From: an uncultured Nitrospiraceae bacterium
GTDB taxonomy: Bacteria > Nitrospirota > Nitrospiria > Nitrospirales > Nitrospiraceae
Direction of reading: 5' to 3'
Length of the DNA: 64,000 nucleotides
Assembly: GCA_963730935.1 (NCBI GenBank)
Contig: CAVSTP010000003.1
Coordinates: forward strand, 96,001-160,000
A program made the translations under genes and the position numbers. Shown in pieces: positions 51,246 to 63,285 of this stretch. Position 1 is the stretch's first letter, and the number at the start of each line of letters is the position of its first letter. The notes below the pieces were generated by a model. The model had not been told where the DNA came from. It saw nothing but the letters and a program-made list of their open reading frames with translations, and did no database searches.

Positions 51246-52919
51246 TTATTCCAACGGGAGGCGTTCTTGGGCTTGAAGCTCAGGACTCGTCTGTTCAACC
51301 CGGTCCCCTGAAATAGACGAGCGGCCTGCCCGCAAAGAACTTTGCAAGGCCGGTTCTGATAAATGCAGACCAAGTGTGGACGTGGTGCCTTTTCCGATGG
51401 CACTCTCTTCTGTGAGCCATCCACCAATGGAATCCAAACGCTCTCGGATGCTGAGCAGCCCAAAGTGCTCGTCATCCGAAGGGACTTTGACAGCCGGATC
51501 ATACCCTCGGCCGTGATCTTCCACTGTGAGCACAAGCCTTTGGTCTGCATCGACCGTCAGCGCAACGATTGCACGGTCAACCCCAGCATGCTTCACCACA
51601 TTGATCAACAGCTCTCGTACGCACCGATACAGGAGGACGGCCTGATGCTGAGCAAGATTGAGCGGTTGTGGATCGAGGCGGAGATCAACTGTGAGGCCGT
51701 GGTTTTTCGCCATATTGTCCGCAAGCCAACGTATCGCGGCCTGTAGCCCTGATTGATGGAGTTCAGGCGGAACGAGTTCGGCCATCAGAGTTCGCGCGTA
51801 TTTTATGGAATGCTGCAGTGCTTCCGCGGTCTCTCGCATGTAGCGCTCAGTTTGGCGTGGAGAGGAATCCAGGGATTGTTGCGCCAATTGCAACTTGATG
51901 TGCCCTAAAGTGAGCAGTTGTGCGAGGTAGTCGTGCAGTTCGGATGCCAATGCACGGCGTTCACGCTCCTCCACAGTGGCTAATTTGGCAGAGATGTCTC
52001 GAAGCTTTTGTTCACCATCGGAGACCTGAGTTTCCAAATCCAGCTTACTGAGCCGTAATGCTATTTCGCTCTGTTTGACTTCGATGAGGCGCGCGGCCTG
52101 GTCGGCGTACAAATCCAGGATGCGAAGCTGTTCGTCACTCGGCCTACCCGCATTAGTGGAATAGGTCGTGAGCACCCCCAGAACCCGACGATCGCCCGCG
52201 AAGAGCGGTGTTGATTGAGCAGAGACGACGTGGTGCCTGGCATAGAGGGGAGCCAGCTGCGAAAATTCTGTGTCGGTCGTGATATTTTCAACAATGACGC
52301 GCCGCCGGCGTTGGTAGGCCGCACCACAGGTGGCTAAATCCAGCGGCATGCGTTGAAACTCATGTAGAAAGTTACCATCGAAGCCGACCTGGGCCACCAT
52401 GTGCAACTCATTGGTTTTCGGGTCATAGAGCTGAAGGGTCCCTTTTGTCGCTTTCGGTAATTCCACCGCCGCCATCAGCGCACGCTGCAACACTGCATCA
52501 AAGGTTTCTTCTCCCAACAGACGCGTGCTCAGTTTGTGTAAACGCTGTAACTGCGAGTGAAAGCCCACCGCTTGAGACCGTTCATGCTCTTGCTGATGGA
52601 TAAAATACGCCATCGCAGTTCCTACGAAAGAAAACAAGAGAAGCGTGCCTAAATCGGCGGGACTAACCTCGAAACTATTCCCAGGGGGAATCAACCAATA
52701 GTCGATGACAATCGCAGAAAGGACAGTGGCAAAAAAGGCGGGCAGAAATCCCCACTTCCATGCGGTGAACATGATAGCCACGAGAAACGTAATAAAAGGT
52801 GGAGAGGTGCTGATATACGGCTGGATGAACGATTTTACGGCAAACGCAAGGCAGACCGTGAGAGCGGCTAGGATATACGGGCGAATCAAGCGGAGATGGG
52901 CGCGCACACAAGGACCCAA
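51246..52919 (-). CDS. DUF4118-GAF-HisKA_3 sensor histidine kinase
   Basis: Four N-terminal TM helices; GAF (CGAAY, AQSTPL); ELHDYLAQ; ELLINVVKHA; DHGRG; FGLLSIRER. Confidence 0.9.
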   Translation of the reverse strand: MGPCVRAHLRLIRPYILAALTVCLAFAVKSFIQPYISTSPPFITFLVAIMFTAWKWGFLPAFFATVLSAIVIDYWLIPPGNSFEVSPADLGTLLLFSFVGTAMAYFIHQQEHERSQAVGFHSQLQRLHKLSTRLLGEETFDAVLQRALMAAVELPKATKGTLQLYDPKTNELHMVAQVGFDGNFLHEFQRMPLDLATCGAAYQRRRRVIVENITTDTEFSQLAPLYARHHVVSAQSTPLFAGDRRVLGVLTTYSTNAGRPSDEQLRILDLYADQAARLIEVKQSEIALRLSKLDLETQVSDGEQKLRDISAKLATVEERERRALASELHDYLAQLLTLGHIKLQLAQQSLDSSPRQTERYMRETAEALQHSIKYARTLMAELVPPELHQSGLQAAIRWLADNMAKNHGLTVDLRLDPQPLNLAQHQAVLLYRCVRELLINVVKHAGVDRAIVALTVDADQRLVLTVEDHGRGYDPAVKVPSDDEHFGLLSIRERLDSIGGWLTEESAIGKGTTSTLGLHLSEPALQSSLRAGRSSISGDRVEQTSPELQAQERLPLE

Positions 52920-53103
52920 TTAAGATGTTTCAAAAGTCGTCGTCGGAAGCGGACCTACTCTAAACCTTACAGAGAATTATTGCCATACGGATGCGAGCGG
53001 CGGAATCGTGGTTAACAGCTCATACTACATTCCTCCCATTGACACATGCCGACGACCTCTTGGAAGGCCACGACCGCCGGATTATGAGAAAGATAGTCGT
53101 CCG

Positions 53104-53313
53104 ATGGCGGATCCTGAACATACGTCCATCCGTAAAGAAGTTCGTGCGTACTTAGGCGCCTGTGTGGCTCTGTTGAACGGAGAACCTGGATCACACGATG
53201 GATTCATGCTGGCAAGTGAGACATTTCAACCACGAGATCGTAAACTGACTGAGAATGAAAGGTTCTTGGTCCAAGAGATGATTTTTCGTCTCTCCGTGAA
53301 GCTTGCTCAATAG
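53104..53313 (+). CDS. Small helical-hairpin protein (ACxxLL family)
   Basis: IRKEVRAYLGACVALL...LTENERFLVQEM. Confidence 0.6.
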   Translation: MADPEHTSIRKEVRAYLGACVALLNGEPGSHDGFMLASETFQPRDRKLTENERFLVQEMIFRLSVKLAQ

Positions 53314-53482
53314 TTCCTCCGCACCTTCAGGGCTTTCCTCGCTACGTCCTCCTCAATCAAGAGCGTAAACCGTCTTCTTTCCATGGATACCGGGCAGGCT
53401 GGTCAAGGAGTGTCAATCGTCACATGGCCTCGGTGCATGGCGCGGGAGGCAGTGCGTCATCACGAAGGGAAAATAACCGATT

Positions 53483-53686
53483 CTAGGTATCTGACGATGG
53501 GTTGGAAGGGGGCTTGATCAATTTGGATAATTTCGGAATTTGCTCACTCAAGGCTACGCGAAGCTGCTGAACTTCCTCCTCGGTGATTCTGCCCTCAGCA
53601 CGTAGCCTGTCAATGAACTGATCATAGGGATCCGTTAAGACGCTGATAATTAAACTGAGGATGCGGCTGAGATCGGTCTTATCCAT
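53483..53686 (-). CDS. Small hypothetical helical protein
   Basis: 67-aa amphipathic ORF, co-oriented with its neighbours. Confidence 0.5.
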   Translation of the reverse strand: MDKTDLSRILSLIISVLTDPYDQFIDRLRAEGRITEEEVQQLRVALSEQIPKLSKLIKPPSNPSSDT

Positions 53687-53725
53687 GACTCTTGGTCGTG
53701 CTCGCCAGGAGTCCCTCAAGCTCGC

Positions 53726-54070
53726 CTAGGCTGAACAGACGAATCTGTCCTCCGAAAACCCGCCACGCAACTGGGCTGTCACGAGGCGCCGGTAATCTAC
53801 GTGCTGCTTCAACATCGAGACCAACCCTTCGGCGTCGATCACAATGAGGAGCGCGTCTTCGGCCACCAGCGTCCGACCAGGATCACCGAAATTTACCCGA
53901 TATTGCGTCCGGCCATCAGGATTTCTACCCGGCCCGATCACTAACTCTGTCAGTCCGCAGATCACGCCTTCCCTATTGTTCTCCCGGAGGCGGACCTTGA
54001 TTCCGTCGGGTATTCTTATCCAGGCCTGTGTTGTTCTCTGGTTCACGGATCCGGTCTGAGGGTGTGTCAT
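53726..54070 (-). CDS. Hypothetical protein, possibly SH3-like
   Basis: AAAGGAG RBS; IPDGIKVRL...EGVI...QYRVNF. Confidence 0.65.
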   Translation of the reverse strand: MTHPQTGSVNQRTTQAWIRIPDGIKVRLRENNREGVICGLTELVIGPGRNPDGRTQYRVNFGDPGRTLVAEDALLIVIDAEGLVSMLKQHVDYRRLVTAQLRGGFSEDRFVCSA

Positions 54071-54125
54071 GGTGCTCCTTTCACTGATGGGGCCATTTGC
54101 TACCGAAGACGCGGCCTGGACGGGA

Positions 54126-55376
54126 TCATGTTCGCTCTGGCGTCGCAAGGCGTTGGCCACCGTGCCGGCCGCTTTGTGCTTTCCACCCAGGTGAACGCAT
54201 TTCATGTCGCTGCTGAGGCCTCACCCGCGTCGGTCGACCCAATGAAGGCTGTTGGCTGTCAGAGGCCCATGGCACCGCATGGCCAAGCAGACGTTCGATG
54301 GCATGGAGCTGCTCTGGATCTTCAGCGGTGATAAAACTGGTGGCCCGACCGGTCGCCTTCATTCGAGCCGTCCGTCCGATTCGATGGACATAGTCCTCAG
54401 GACAATAGGGTAAATCGAAGTTGATCACGTGACCAATGTTGGCCACATCGATCCCTCGAGCGGCAATATCCGTCGCCACGAGCATGCGAAAGACGCCACG
54501 CTTAAAGCCGTCCAGCGCACTCCGACGCTGCGAAAAGCTTCGATCGCCATGCAGGACGCCAACGCGATATCCCGCGCGGCTGAGCACAGCCCCCACATGA
54601 TCCGCTCGATGCTTGGTTCGGGTAAAGATAAGGACAGTCTCCTGCTCGTCCTTTAACAAGGAGAGGAGCAAATTTGGCTTGCCGGTATGGGTCGTATAGT
54701 GCAGCGCTTGCACGACGCCGTCCGCGGTGGTGGCCGAGGGCGTCGCCATCACGCAAACCGGGTCGTTGACGCTGGCTTCTCCAAACTGCCTCAGATCGGA
54801 CGGCAGCGTGGCGGAGAACAACAGCGTCTGTCGTTCCTCCGGGAGTGCGGTGAGGATCTGCTTAATCTGCGGTGCAAACCCCATGTCCAGCATTCGGTCT
54901 GCCTCATCGAGCACCAGGATCTTTATGGGGAGCAAATTGACGGTTCCGTTCCACATGTGATCGAGGAGCCGTCCAGGCGTCGCGACAAGAATATCTGGTC
55001 GCTGACGGAGACCCCGTAGCTGGGCCTGCATGTCTGCCCCTCCCACAAGGACTGTCGCAAAAATCCCGCGACGGCGACCAAGTGTCTCGATGGTACTGAG
55101 TATCTGGACCGCAAGCTCCCGGGTAGGAGCCAAAATCAAGACTTGAGGCTCGGTTTTCGGGAGTTGGGCCAACCGTTCAATGATCGGAATGACAAATGCG
55201 GCGGTTTTTCCCGTTCCTGTTTGGGCACAGCCGATCACGTCGCGCCCAGCCAGGGCCAAAGGAATCGCCTGTGTTTGTATGGGGGTGGGGGAAGAGAGGC
55301 CTGCTATGGCAAGATCCTTGACCAATGCCTCAGACACACCAAGATCGTGAAAATTAACTTGCAGAGACGTATCCAC
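54126..55376 (-). CDS. DEAD-box RNA helicase (RhlE-like)
   Basis: PTPIQ, AQTGTGKT, PTRELA, TPGR, DEAD, SAT, ARGID, HRIGR. Confidence 0.96.
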   Translation of the reverse strand: MDTSLQVNFHDLGVSEALVKDLAIAGLSSPTPIQTQAIPLALAGRDVIGCAQTGTGKTAAFVIPIIERLAQLPKTEPQVLILAPTRELAVQILSTIETLGRRRGIFATVLVGGADMQAQLRGLRQRPDILVATPGRLLDHMWNGTVNLLPIKILVLDEADRMLDMGFAPQIKQILTALPEERQTLLFSATLPSDLRQFGEASVNDPVCVMATPSATTADGVVQALHYTTHTGKPNLLLSLLKDEQETVLIFTRTKHRADHVGAVLSRAGYRVGVLHGDRSFSQRRSALDGFKRGVFRMLVATDIAARGIDVANIGHVINFDLPYCPEDYVHRIGRTARMKATGRATSFITAEDPEQLHAIERLLGHAVPWASDSQQPSLGRPTRVRPQQRHEMRSPGWKAQSGRHGGQRLATPERT

Positions 55377-55544
55377 TACTTATCCTTTCAGTATGATCGC
55401 ATGATGACGGGATCAGAGAACCGAGGGGAGAAACAACCAGGAAGGGTGCCGCTCCAGACTGGACCTGGTCGCGATGCGATCGCGAAGTCCGTGCTGTGCT
55501 TGGCATGTCCCCTGCCGGACTAATACGAGGGAACAACTGACGTG

Positions 55545-55573
55545 AGCATACAGGACCCTATCGGCGCAGTCAA
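55545..55573 (-). promoter_or_regulatory. Sigma70 promoter of the DEAD-box gene
   Basis: Minus strand TTGACT-17 nt-TATGCT. Confidence 0.6.
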
Positions 55574-55714
55574 TGCATTGTGAGCAACATGCACGGGGAA
55601 GGAAACGGCTTCGCAGGCAGGCGCTGTGGGACACGGCCCTCGATGGGGGCTCGACTTATGGTATTTGCGCGGCAGTTCGCGTGAATGGGGGAGTGGTATG
55701 CGATGGCCAAAAGA

Positions 55715-55740
55715 GCTTAGCGGGTGTGCTTAGCGGGTGT
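55715..55740. repeat. 13-bp tandem repeat (GCTTAGCGGGTGT)x2
   Basis: Read directly; spans the PAS gene stop codon. Confidence 0.8.
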
Positions 55741-56104
55741 GATTGGTCTCTGAGGACTGTCCGGTCTTCAACTCGGTGATGTCTCGGAAAATCAGCACGA
55801 CCCCTGGAGAGGAAGGAAAGCCTTGAGTGTCATACCACCGTTGGTCTGCGGGCGAATAGACTTCGTGCTGGATCGGTCGCTGATCATCGAGCGCGCGGCG
55901 TAGTTGCTGCTCGGCCACTGTGCCTTTCAGGTAAGGGAACAATTCCCACACTGACTTCCCGATCGTTCCCCCGGGGTCATGCCCTAAGCGACGGAAGATT
56001 TGCACTGCCGCCTGGTTCATCGTCACACACTTTCCTTGCCCATCGAGTCGCACCACTGCATCTGCAATGTCGTCCAGCGTGGCCATTAAATCAGAAGTTT
56101 TCAT
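55730..56104 (-). CDS. Stand-alone PAS protein
   Basis: LDDIADAVVRLD...IGKSVWELFP...LIFRDITE; paralog of 2479-2859. Confidence 0.85.
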   Translation of the reverse strand: MKTSDLMATLDDIADAVVRLDGQGKCVTMNQAAVQIFRRLGHDPGGTIGKSVWELFPYLKGTVAEQQLRRALDDQRPIQHEVYSPADQRWYDTQGFPSSPGVVLIFRDITELKTGQSSETNHTR

Positions 56105-56291
56105 AAAAATTTGCGTGTGAGGGAGCGATTGTACGGGGGAGAACGCTCATTTGGCAAATGACTCCACTGGTGTCGGTTTTCGCTTCTTCTTTTGCTCGTT
56201 TCTTCTCTTAAAGCCGGAGATTGACTCAGCGCGAAAACGACATATATCCTCGTGATCACGGCCCGGGTGCTGTTCTGTTCGGTATGACGCG

Positions 56292-56981
56292 ATGAGGAAG
56301 GTGAATATAGCGACATCCATAATGGGGGTGTGTCTCGCGTCGCTGCTCATGTCGGCCTGTGGCCACGCCGAGCAAGAAAGAAAGATTGAATTTATTTATC
56401 TGGCGCTTGGAACAAGCGACGTTATTGGAGTCGGCGCAACGCCGCTCACTGAAGGCTATGTCTACCTGATCAATCAGGACCTGCAGCAGCGCATTCCCGG
56501 CACGTTTCTCATCAACCTTGGCTTTCCAGGCGCGCGCATTGATGTACTGAACGAACAGGTTCGCCTGGCCAAGCACTTCCACGGTGAAGCCGATTTGGCG
56601 ACTGTATGGGTCGGCGCGAACGATCTTGTCCATGGGGATGACCCTTCACGCTTTCAAAGCGACCTCAGACAGTTCCTCCGGAGGCTGCAGAGTTCGGTGT
56701 CGACGACTGTGGTGATCGCGAATCTTCCCGACTTGACGCAACTTCCCGCCTTTCACGCTATGGCCAATCCGGCCGTGACTCTGGCACGGGTCAAAGCTTT
56801 CAACATGGCCATAGAAGTGGAAGCGCCCTATGTGAATGCTTCAATCGTGAACGTCTTTGGGGAATCGTCCCCTGATGATTTTGCCTTTGATGAAAATGGT
56901 TTTCATCCGACGATCGAAGGACATCGGCGCATCGCCAGTTTGTTCCGAAAGGCTATACTCGAGCGGGTCGGGTCGCGATAG
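56292..56981 (+). CDS. SGNH/GDSL hydrolase lipoprotein
   Basis: Lipobox MSAC; YLALGTSD; VGANDL; NGFHP. Confidence 0.85.
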   Translation: MRKVNIATSIMGVCLASLLMSACGHAEQERKIEFIYLALGTSDVIGVGATPLTEGYVYLINQDLQQRIPGTFLINLGFPGARIDVLNEQVRLAKHFHGEADLATVWVGANDLVHGDDPSRFQSDLRQFLRRLQSSVSTTVVIANLPDLTQLPAFHAMANPAVTLARVKAFNMAIEVEAPYVNASIVNVFGESSPDDFAFDENGFHPTIEGHRRIASLFRKAILERVGSR

Positions 56982-57013
56982 AGGGTCGCAGACAGGAGAG
57001 GGCGGAGACAGCT

Positions 57014-57355
57014 CTAACTCGTCATGCTGTTCTTACTTGTCGAGCCATCAGCACAGTGCTGAGCGACGAAGCGTTGCAAGATCCGTTGTTGCGACTCATG
57101 CATCTTGATGAACTCCACGCCGAAGCGCTTCCCTTGCGTCCACCGGACAACTCCCAGTGTGACCGAGACCGGAAACCTGAGTCCCGGCAAAAACAGTTCG
57201 AGCTGCAGGGACTGTGCGTCTTCAACCGCCTCTGAGCTTTCGATGAGACAGCCTGGCAACGTCAGGTCCAGTACCTGTCCCTTTCCGACACGAGCCCCCG
57301 ATGTAAATGTGACGGGGAAACGGAGTCGGATGCGTGGTTTGTAGCGTGGTTTCAT
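57014..57355 (-). CDS. Stand-alone PilZ protein
   Basis: RYKPR, DLTLPGC, VRW, FGVEF. Confidence 0.85.
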   Translation of the reverse strand: MKPRYKPRIRLRFPVTFTSGARVGKGQVLDLTLPGCLIESSEAVEDAQSLQLELFLPGLRFPVSVTLGVVRWTQGKRFGVEFIKMHESQQRILQRFVAQHCADGSTSKNSMTS

Positions 57356-57888
57356 GTGAGCGTTAACGCCTCCGACAGCTGAGCGTTTTTGCTGAATCTG
57401 ATGGCGCACTCGGCCTCCCTAGAGAGCAGGCTGACTATGCTGCCCTCCCTGAGCATGGCTCTCCCTCGGTCAAAGCTACCTTGCTTAAGAATAGCATTCC
57501 TTCTCCAAAATGGAGGGAATGGATATCGCCAGAAGAGGAGGGACTAGTAAAATTACCTGACCGGCTTAGGATGATTCGTAGTTAATGGAGGTCCCAACCT
57601 CGGGCGAGGATTTGGCTCAAGCCATCGAAAAGGCCGTCGCTGTCGTCGGTTCACATAGAGAGCTGTAGACCCGCGATTCCCTCGGCTGAGAATCTACCTG
57701 GCTGGCAGTCTGGCCGACAATTGCTAGCATTCGCGAAACCAGTTACAGATGGGATGGCACCCAGGATTCTGTTGATCGGAGCCCGCCTGAATGTGGAGAA
57801 GCCGAGCTGGGCGTCTTGCTCAGAGTGACGGAGGAGATTGATTATTTGTGGAGTAGGGAGTGTCCTTAAACGATCGCCTGGACTCAGA

Positions 57889-57981
57889 TCAGCTATTGAT
57901 GACGACCACGGCCACGCCGACCAAGGCCATCAGGACCCACATTAGCTCTCTGTCTCCACAACGGCTCAAGAGGTTATGCAC
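57889..57981 (-). CDS. 30-aa single-TM micropeptide (absent from ORF track)
   Basis: AAAGGAG RBS 7 nt before GTG; MHNLLSRCGDRELMWVLMALVGVAVVVINS. Confidence 0.45.
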   Translation of the reverse strand: MHNLLSRCGDRELMWVLMALVGVAVVVINS

Positions 57982-58192
57982 GGGTGAACTCCTTTCGGGT
58001 TCTCCTCCATTGATGAGCAAGACAGGTGCCCGTAGGAGGACTGGGGAATTTCCGTTTGTTTAGGTCCTGCGGTGATCGAGAATCGAGCGATTCCGCACGG
58101 GTCGCACTGTGCGAAAGGATGGGAATGTCTCAAGCGGGCTGGCTGATCTATGAAACTTGTCGGGCGTTTTCTAACGACTTCAGGAGGACGAC

Positions 58193-58432
58193 ATGGACGA
58201 TAAGGCCATCACAGCAGTATCCACTTCTCTCGCACTGATGCAGATACAAGTCAACGCCCTCGTGCTTTTGCTTGAGCAGCAATCAGGGGTGTCGGTCAAA
58301 GAGGACTTCCAGCGACTTATCAGCGAAGGTGTGCAAGCCGTCGGGATCGAGACCATGCAGGGGATTAAGAGCCGCATTTATGAGGGCATCCTCCAGCAAA
58401 ATCAAGGCGAAGCTGGGGACGGTGTTCATTGA
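58193..58432 (+). CDS. Hypothetical protein
   Basis: AGGAGG RBS; 79 aa, helical. Confidence 0.6.
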   Translation: MDDKAITAVSTSLALMQIQVNALVLLLEQQSGVSVKEDFQRLISEGVQAVGIETMQGIKSRIYEGILQQNQGEAGDGVH

Positions 58433-58722
58433 GCCTGCTCAGGTCTTGCTCTCAACATCGCCATTCGAAAAGCGGTTACCGCGCAAGGAACGGTAGGTAG
58501 CAGTGGTTTCCTCGTCAAGAGCACCCAGATTGTTACGGCAATCAGGGCAACACTTCCCAACGCAAACGCCCAAAAGGCCACATACAGCGCCAAGAGTACT
58601 GAGGCGACACTGAATGAACCTAGTGTCTGTCCGACGACGAGATTCAAGCCAATGCCGATCCCCATCGACGCGGTGGCGCTTGTCACAATCCACATCATCC
58701 GTCTGCACGCCGTATCGTTCAT
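58426..58722 (-). CDS. Two-TM membrane protein
   Basis: AAAGGTG RBS; two hydrophobic helices; downstream of the DUF3313 gene. Confidence 0.6.
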   Translation of the reverse strand: MNDTACRRMMWIVTSATASMGIGIGLNLVVGQTLGSFSVASVLLALYVAFWAFALGSVALIAVTIWVLLTRKPLLPTVPCAVTAFRMAMLRARPEQAQ

Positions 58723-58773
58723 CACATCACCTTTCAAGCACGAGGCTCAGGCCGAGCCTCGTGCCTTTCTCAC

Positions 58774-59478
58774 TTACGCCTTTGGTTGTATGCAGCCTGT
58801 CGCCTTGCGCAGGACGCAAAATTGATACGCGGACAGATCTGACCAGAATTCCACGCTGTTGTTGGCATCGCCCCATGCGTTGAAGAGCTCCTTGTCAATG
58901 AGGTTCTGGCCCCCGACGCGCCGGTCGGCCCCTGCGACGAGCAGTTCGGTCGTCTGGGCATCGTGGACGGTGAATTCGAATGTGATTTCCCCCGCAAAGG
59001 CCGGTTTTCCGCTGAAGAATGTCCATGCGCTGTTCAGCACTTGTAACTCCAAGCTCGCTTTGGATAAGAGCGCGGGTGCTACCCAGGATTTTTCAGCGTG
59101 GGTGATTGCAACCTGGATGACCATCGTGTTGGCCTCGGGCTGCTCGATCATCTCGTAATCTCTGGAGAGTTTCTGATAGAGCTTGCCGTAGAACGAATCC
59201 GCCAGCCTTTGCAGCTCATCGCGCTCCTGACGGGTCAGGCGGGAGGAGAAGCCGTCCCAAATCATGACCGGCTTGAGCATGATTCTGCGGTAGCTGGGCC
59301 AATCGACGTTCGGGTTCTTGTACGTCCGCAGAACGTCGCCCTGTGGCGCGTTCACGAGCTTCGCATGATGAGGCTTGAGGAAGTCGGACGGTTGGACATG
59401 TTTCGCCTGAAAGGTCGAGGAACATCCTCCTGCGAATCCCACCAGTGCGATGACGAGCGAGAGTTGAATCCGGTTCAT
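58774..59478 (-). CDS. DUF3313-like lipoprotein
   Basis: AAGGAG RBS; lipobox AGGC; SDFL, YRRIMLKPV, VAGADRRVG, WGD. Confidence 0.8.
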   Translation of the reverse strand: MNRIQLSLVIALVGFAGGCSSTFQAKHVQPSDFLKPHHAKLVNAPQGDVLRTYKNPNVDWPSYRRIMLKPVMIWDGFSSRLTRQERDELQRLADSFYGKLYQKLSRDYEMIEQPEANTMVIQVAITHAEKSWVAPALLSKASLELQVLNSAWTFFSGKPAFAGEITFEFTVHDAQTTELLVAGADRRVGGQNLIDKELFNAWGDANNSVEFWSDLSAYQFCVLRKATGCIQPKA

Positions 59479-59559
59479 GATGACTCCTTCTATTCCACCT
59501 TCATGTGGAATGGACGTAGTGTAAGTGAGAAACAAAATCGGCCAACGGACCGGATGCAT

Positions 59560-59575
59560 GGCACAGGGCATGCCG
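59560..59575 (-). promoter_or_regulatory. Candidate sigma54 -24/-12 promoter
   Basis: CGGCATGCCCTGTGCC (GG-N10-GC) about 80 nt upstream of the lipoprotein ATG. Confidence 0.4.
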
Positions 59576-59682
59576 GTGCACCATTCGGCGTCTTGCCGAG
59601 CACAAGTCATTGACAGAACAAGGGAATGACGAGTCGACCGGCAGCAGACCTATTTCTCAGAGTGCATTCGCAGGCGGATTTC

Positions 59683-59717
59683 TGCCGAGACTCCGGCAAT
59701 TGCCGAAGCCATCGGCA
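59683..59717. promoter_or_regulatory. Tandem palindromic enhancer-like sites
   Basis: TGCCG-AGACTC-CGGCA and TGCCGA-AGCCA-TCGGCA. Confidence 0.5.
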
Positions 59718-61808
<2,091 letters not shown>

Positions 61809-62054
61809 CGCTCGGAGTCCTTTGGGGGCCCTAAGTATGCCCTTTTGCTGAGAGCGGCTCAAGTAGAGTCGGTAAAGCCCTGCGCACGGATCGTTTGAGT
61901 AATGCAATCCCATGAGCTTCGGAAGCCTCTCCATCCTCTCCGACAGTCTGGCATGTACGAAGTCCCCATAAGGCCATTTGCTTCCTTGTGCGCAGCAGGC
62001 TGGCGAGGTATACGCACACACCTTGCGGTGGTTCCGTATAAGGGAAGCACCTTA

Positions 62055-62354
62055 ATGAAGCAACGCAGCTATAACCGGATCGGCGTCGAATATTCGGCCG
62101 CATTTTCCGGAAGCTCCTATCGTGCCAATGGAATCGTCTTGAACCTGTCGATGGTCGGCTGCCGATGCCGTACCGGCGTTATCGTCCAAATAGGTGACGC
62201 GTTACGGCTATTGATACATGTACCCCGATACGAGCACCCGCTGTACGTCGCCTTGGCGGAGGTTCGATGGTCTGAGGGGCAGGAATTCGGAGTGGAGTTC
62301 ATTCATATGGAATTGGAGGACCGCCATCGCTTAGCTGAGGTGATTCGAGGATGA
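62055..62354 (+). CDS. Stand-alone PilZ protein
   Basis: RSYNR, NLSMVGC, VRW, FGVEF. Confidence 0.85.
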   Translation: MKQRSYNRIGVEYSAAFSGSSYRANGIVLNLSMVGCRCRTGVIVQIGDALRLLIHVPRYEHPLYVALAEVRWSEGQEFGVEFIHMELEDRHRLAEVIRG

Positions 62355-62527
62355 GCCGATATCTTCACTTGAGGATAGGTAACTGGAGGCTTGCATTCGG
62401 CTGCGCATCATCCTATCCTTTTGCCTGCCGTGGCTTTCTAATCCTCTAATTGACGTTCGTCTTTATTGCAGATCTCAGCGGGTCCACGCCGCGCTTCAAC
62501 CTATAATCGTGAACAAGGAGGCAGGGG

Positions 62528-62776
62528 ATGAAGGTACCATCGGCCAAACGGACGGACGAGAAGAAATCCCGAGCAATCATCTCAGTCCCGGATGGCTCGT
62601 CACCGGCGACCAACGAATCCGCACAACGAAAGAAACCGGCTTTCGAGGACTTACACGCTCGTATCAGCCGTCGGGCCTACGAGCTCTATCTCCAGCGTGG
62701 TTGCCGTGAGGGCCATGCCCAGCAAGACTGGCTGGATGCCGAGCGAGATATCATCGATCGTGAGTTTCCAGCCTAG
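62528..62776 (+). CDS. DUF2934-domain protein
   Basis: ISRRAYELYLQRG...DWLDAE. Confidence 0.88.
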   Translation: MKVPSAKRTDEKKSRAIISVPDGSSPATNESAQRKKPAFEDLHARISRRAYELYLQRGCREGHAQQDWLDAERDIIDREFPA

Positions 62777-62879
62777 CCGAGGATGTAATTGTTCGTACAT
62801 TGTCCCGGCCGTCGTTTCTCAGAGCGAGGACATCTCGGGTCACTGGCCTCATGGGTCTAGACGAAACGACGCCCATCCG

Positions 62880-62895
62880 CCTACAAACCTGTAGC
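62880..62895. promoter_or_regulatory. CCTACA-N4-TGTAGC operator variant
   Basis: One mismatch to the 41187/46577 motif. Confidence 0.45.
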
Positions 62896-63052
62896 CATCC
62901 CTTATAGACAAAGTGGCACACAAGTATTACAGTTCACGACTACGATCGGGTGGAGTAGGGTGAAGTGTGCCGTCACGGCGTTGTTTGCTGTGCTTCGATA
63001 ACTTCTTGTTTTGCTTGAGAACGCGAAGAACCTCTGCTCAGGAAAATGCACT

Positions 63053-63241
63053 ATGTCACATGCAGCTGACAGGACCCTGTCGGAATTTGGAAAGTCTGCA
63101 ATGGCTCTTGTGGAGAGGCTCGAGGGGGACCCTCAGTTCGGTCTCATTGAACAGGTCTTCATTGAAAATCACATTCACATCATTCAATCGGCCTATAGCA
63201 GCTGGAAACGACGGCATCTCAGCAAAGCCAGCGGCGAATGA
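63053..63241 (+). CDS. Small helical-hairpin protein (paralog of 4376-4588)
   Basis: LSEFGKSAMALVERL...EQVFIENHIHIIQSAYSSWK. Confidence 0.65.
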   Translation: MSHAADRTLSEFGKSAMALVERLEGDPQFGLIEQVFIENHIHIIQSAYSSWKRRHLSKASGE

Positions 63242-63285
63242 ACGCTGCCCGATGGAGGCAGATCTTTTAGCACACCGCTTCTCCC

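Noticed and set aside
61809..62021. N-terminal extension of the FhlA-like ORF
   Set aside because: Not domain-like and occupies the divergent promoter region; ATG 61808 preferred
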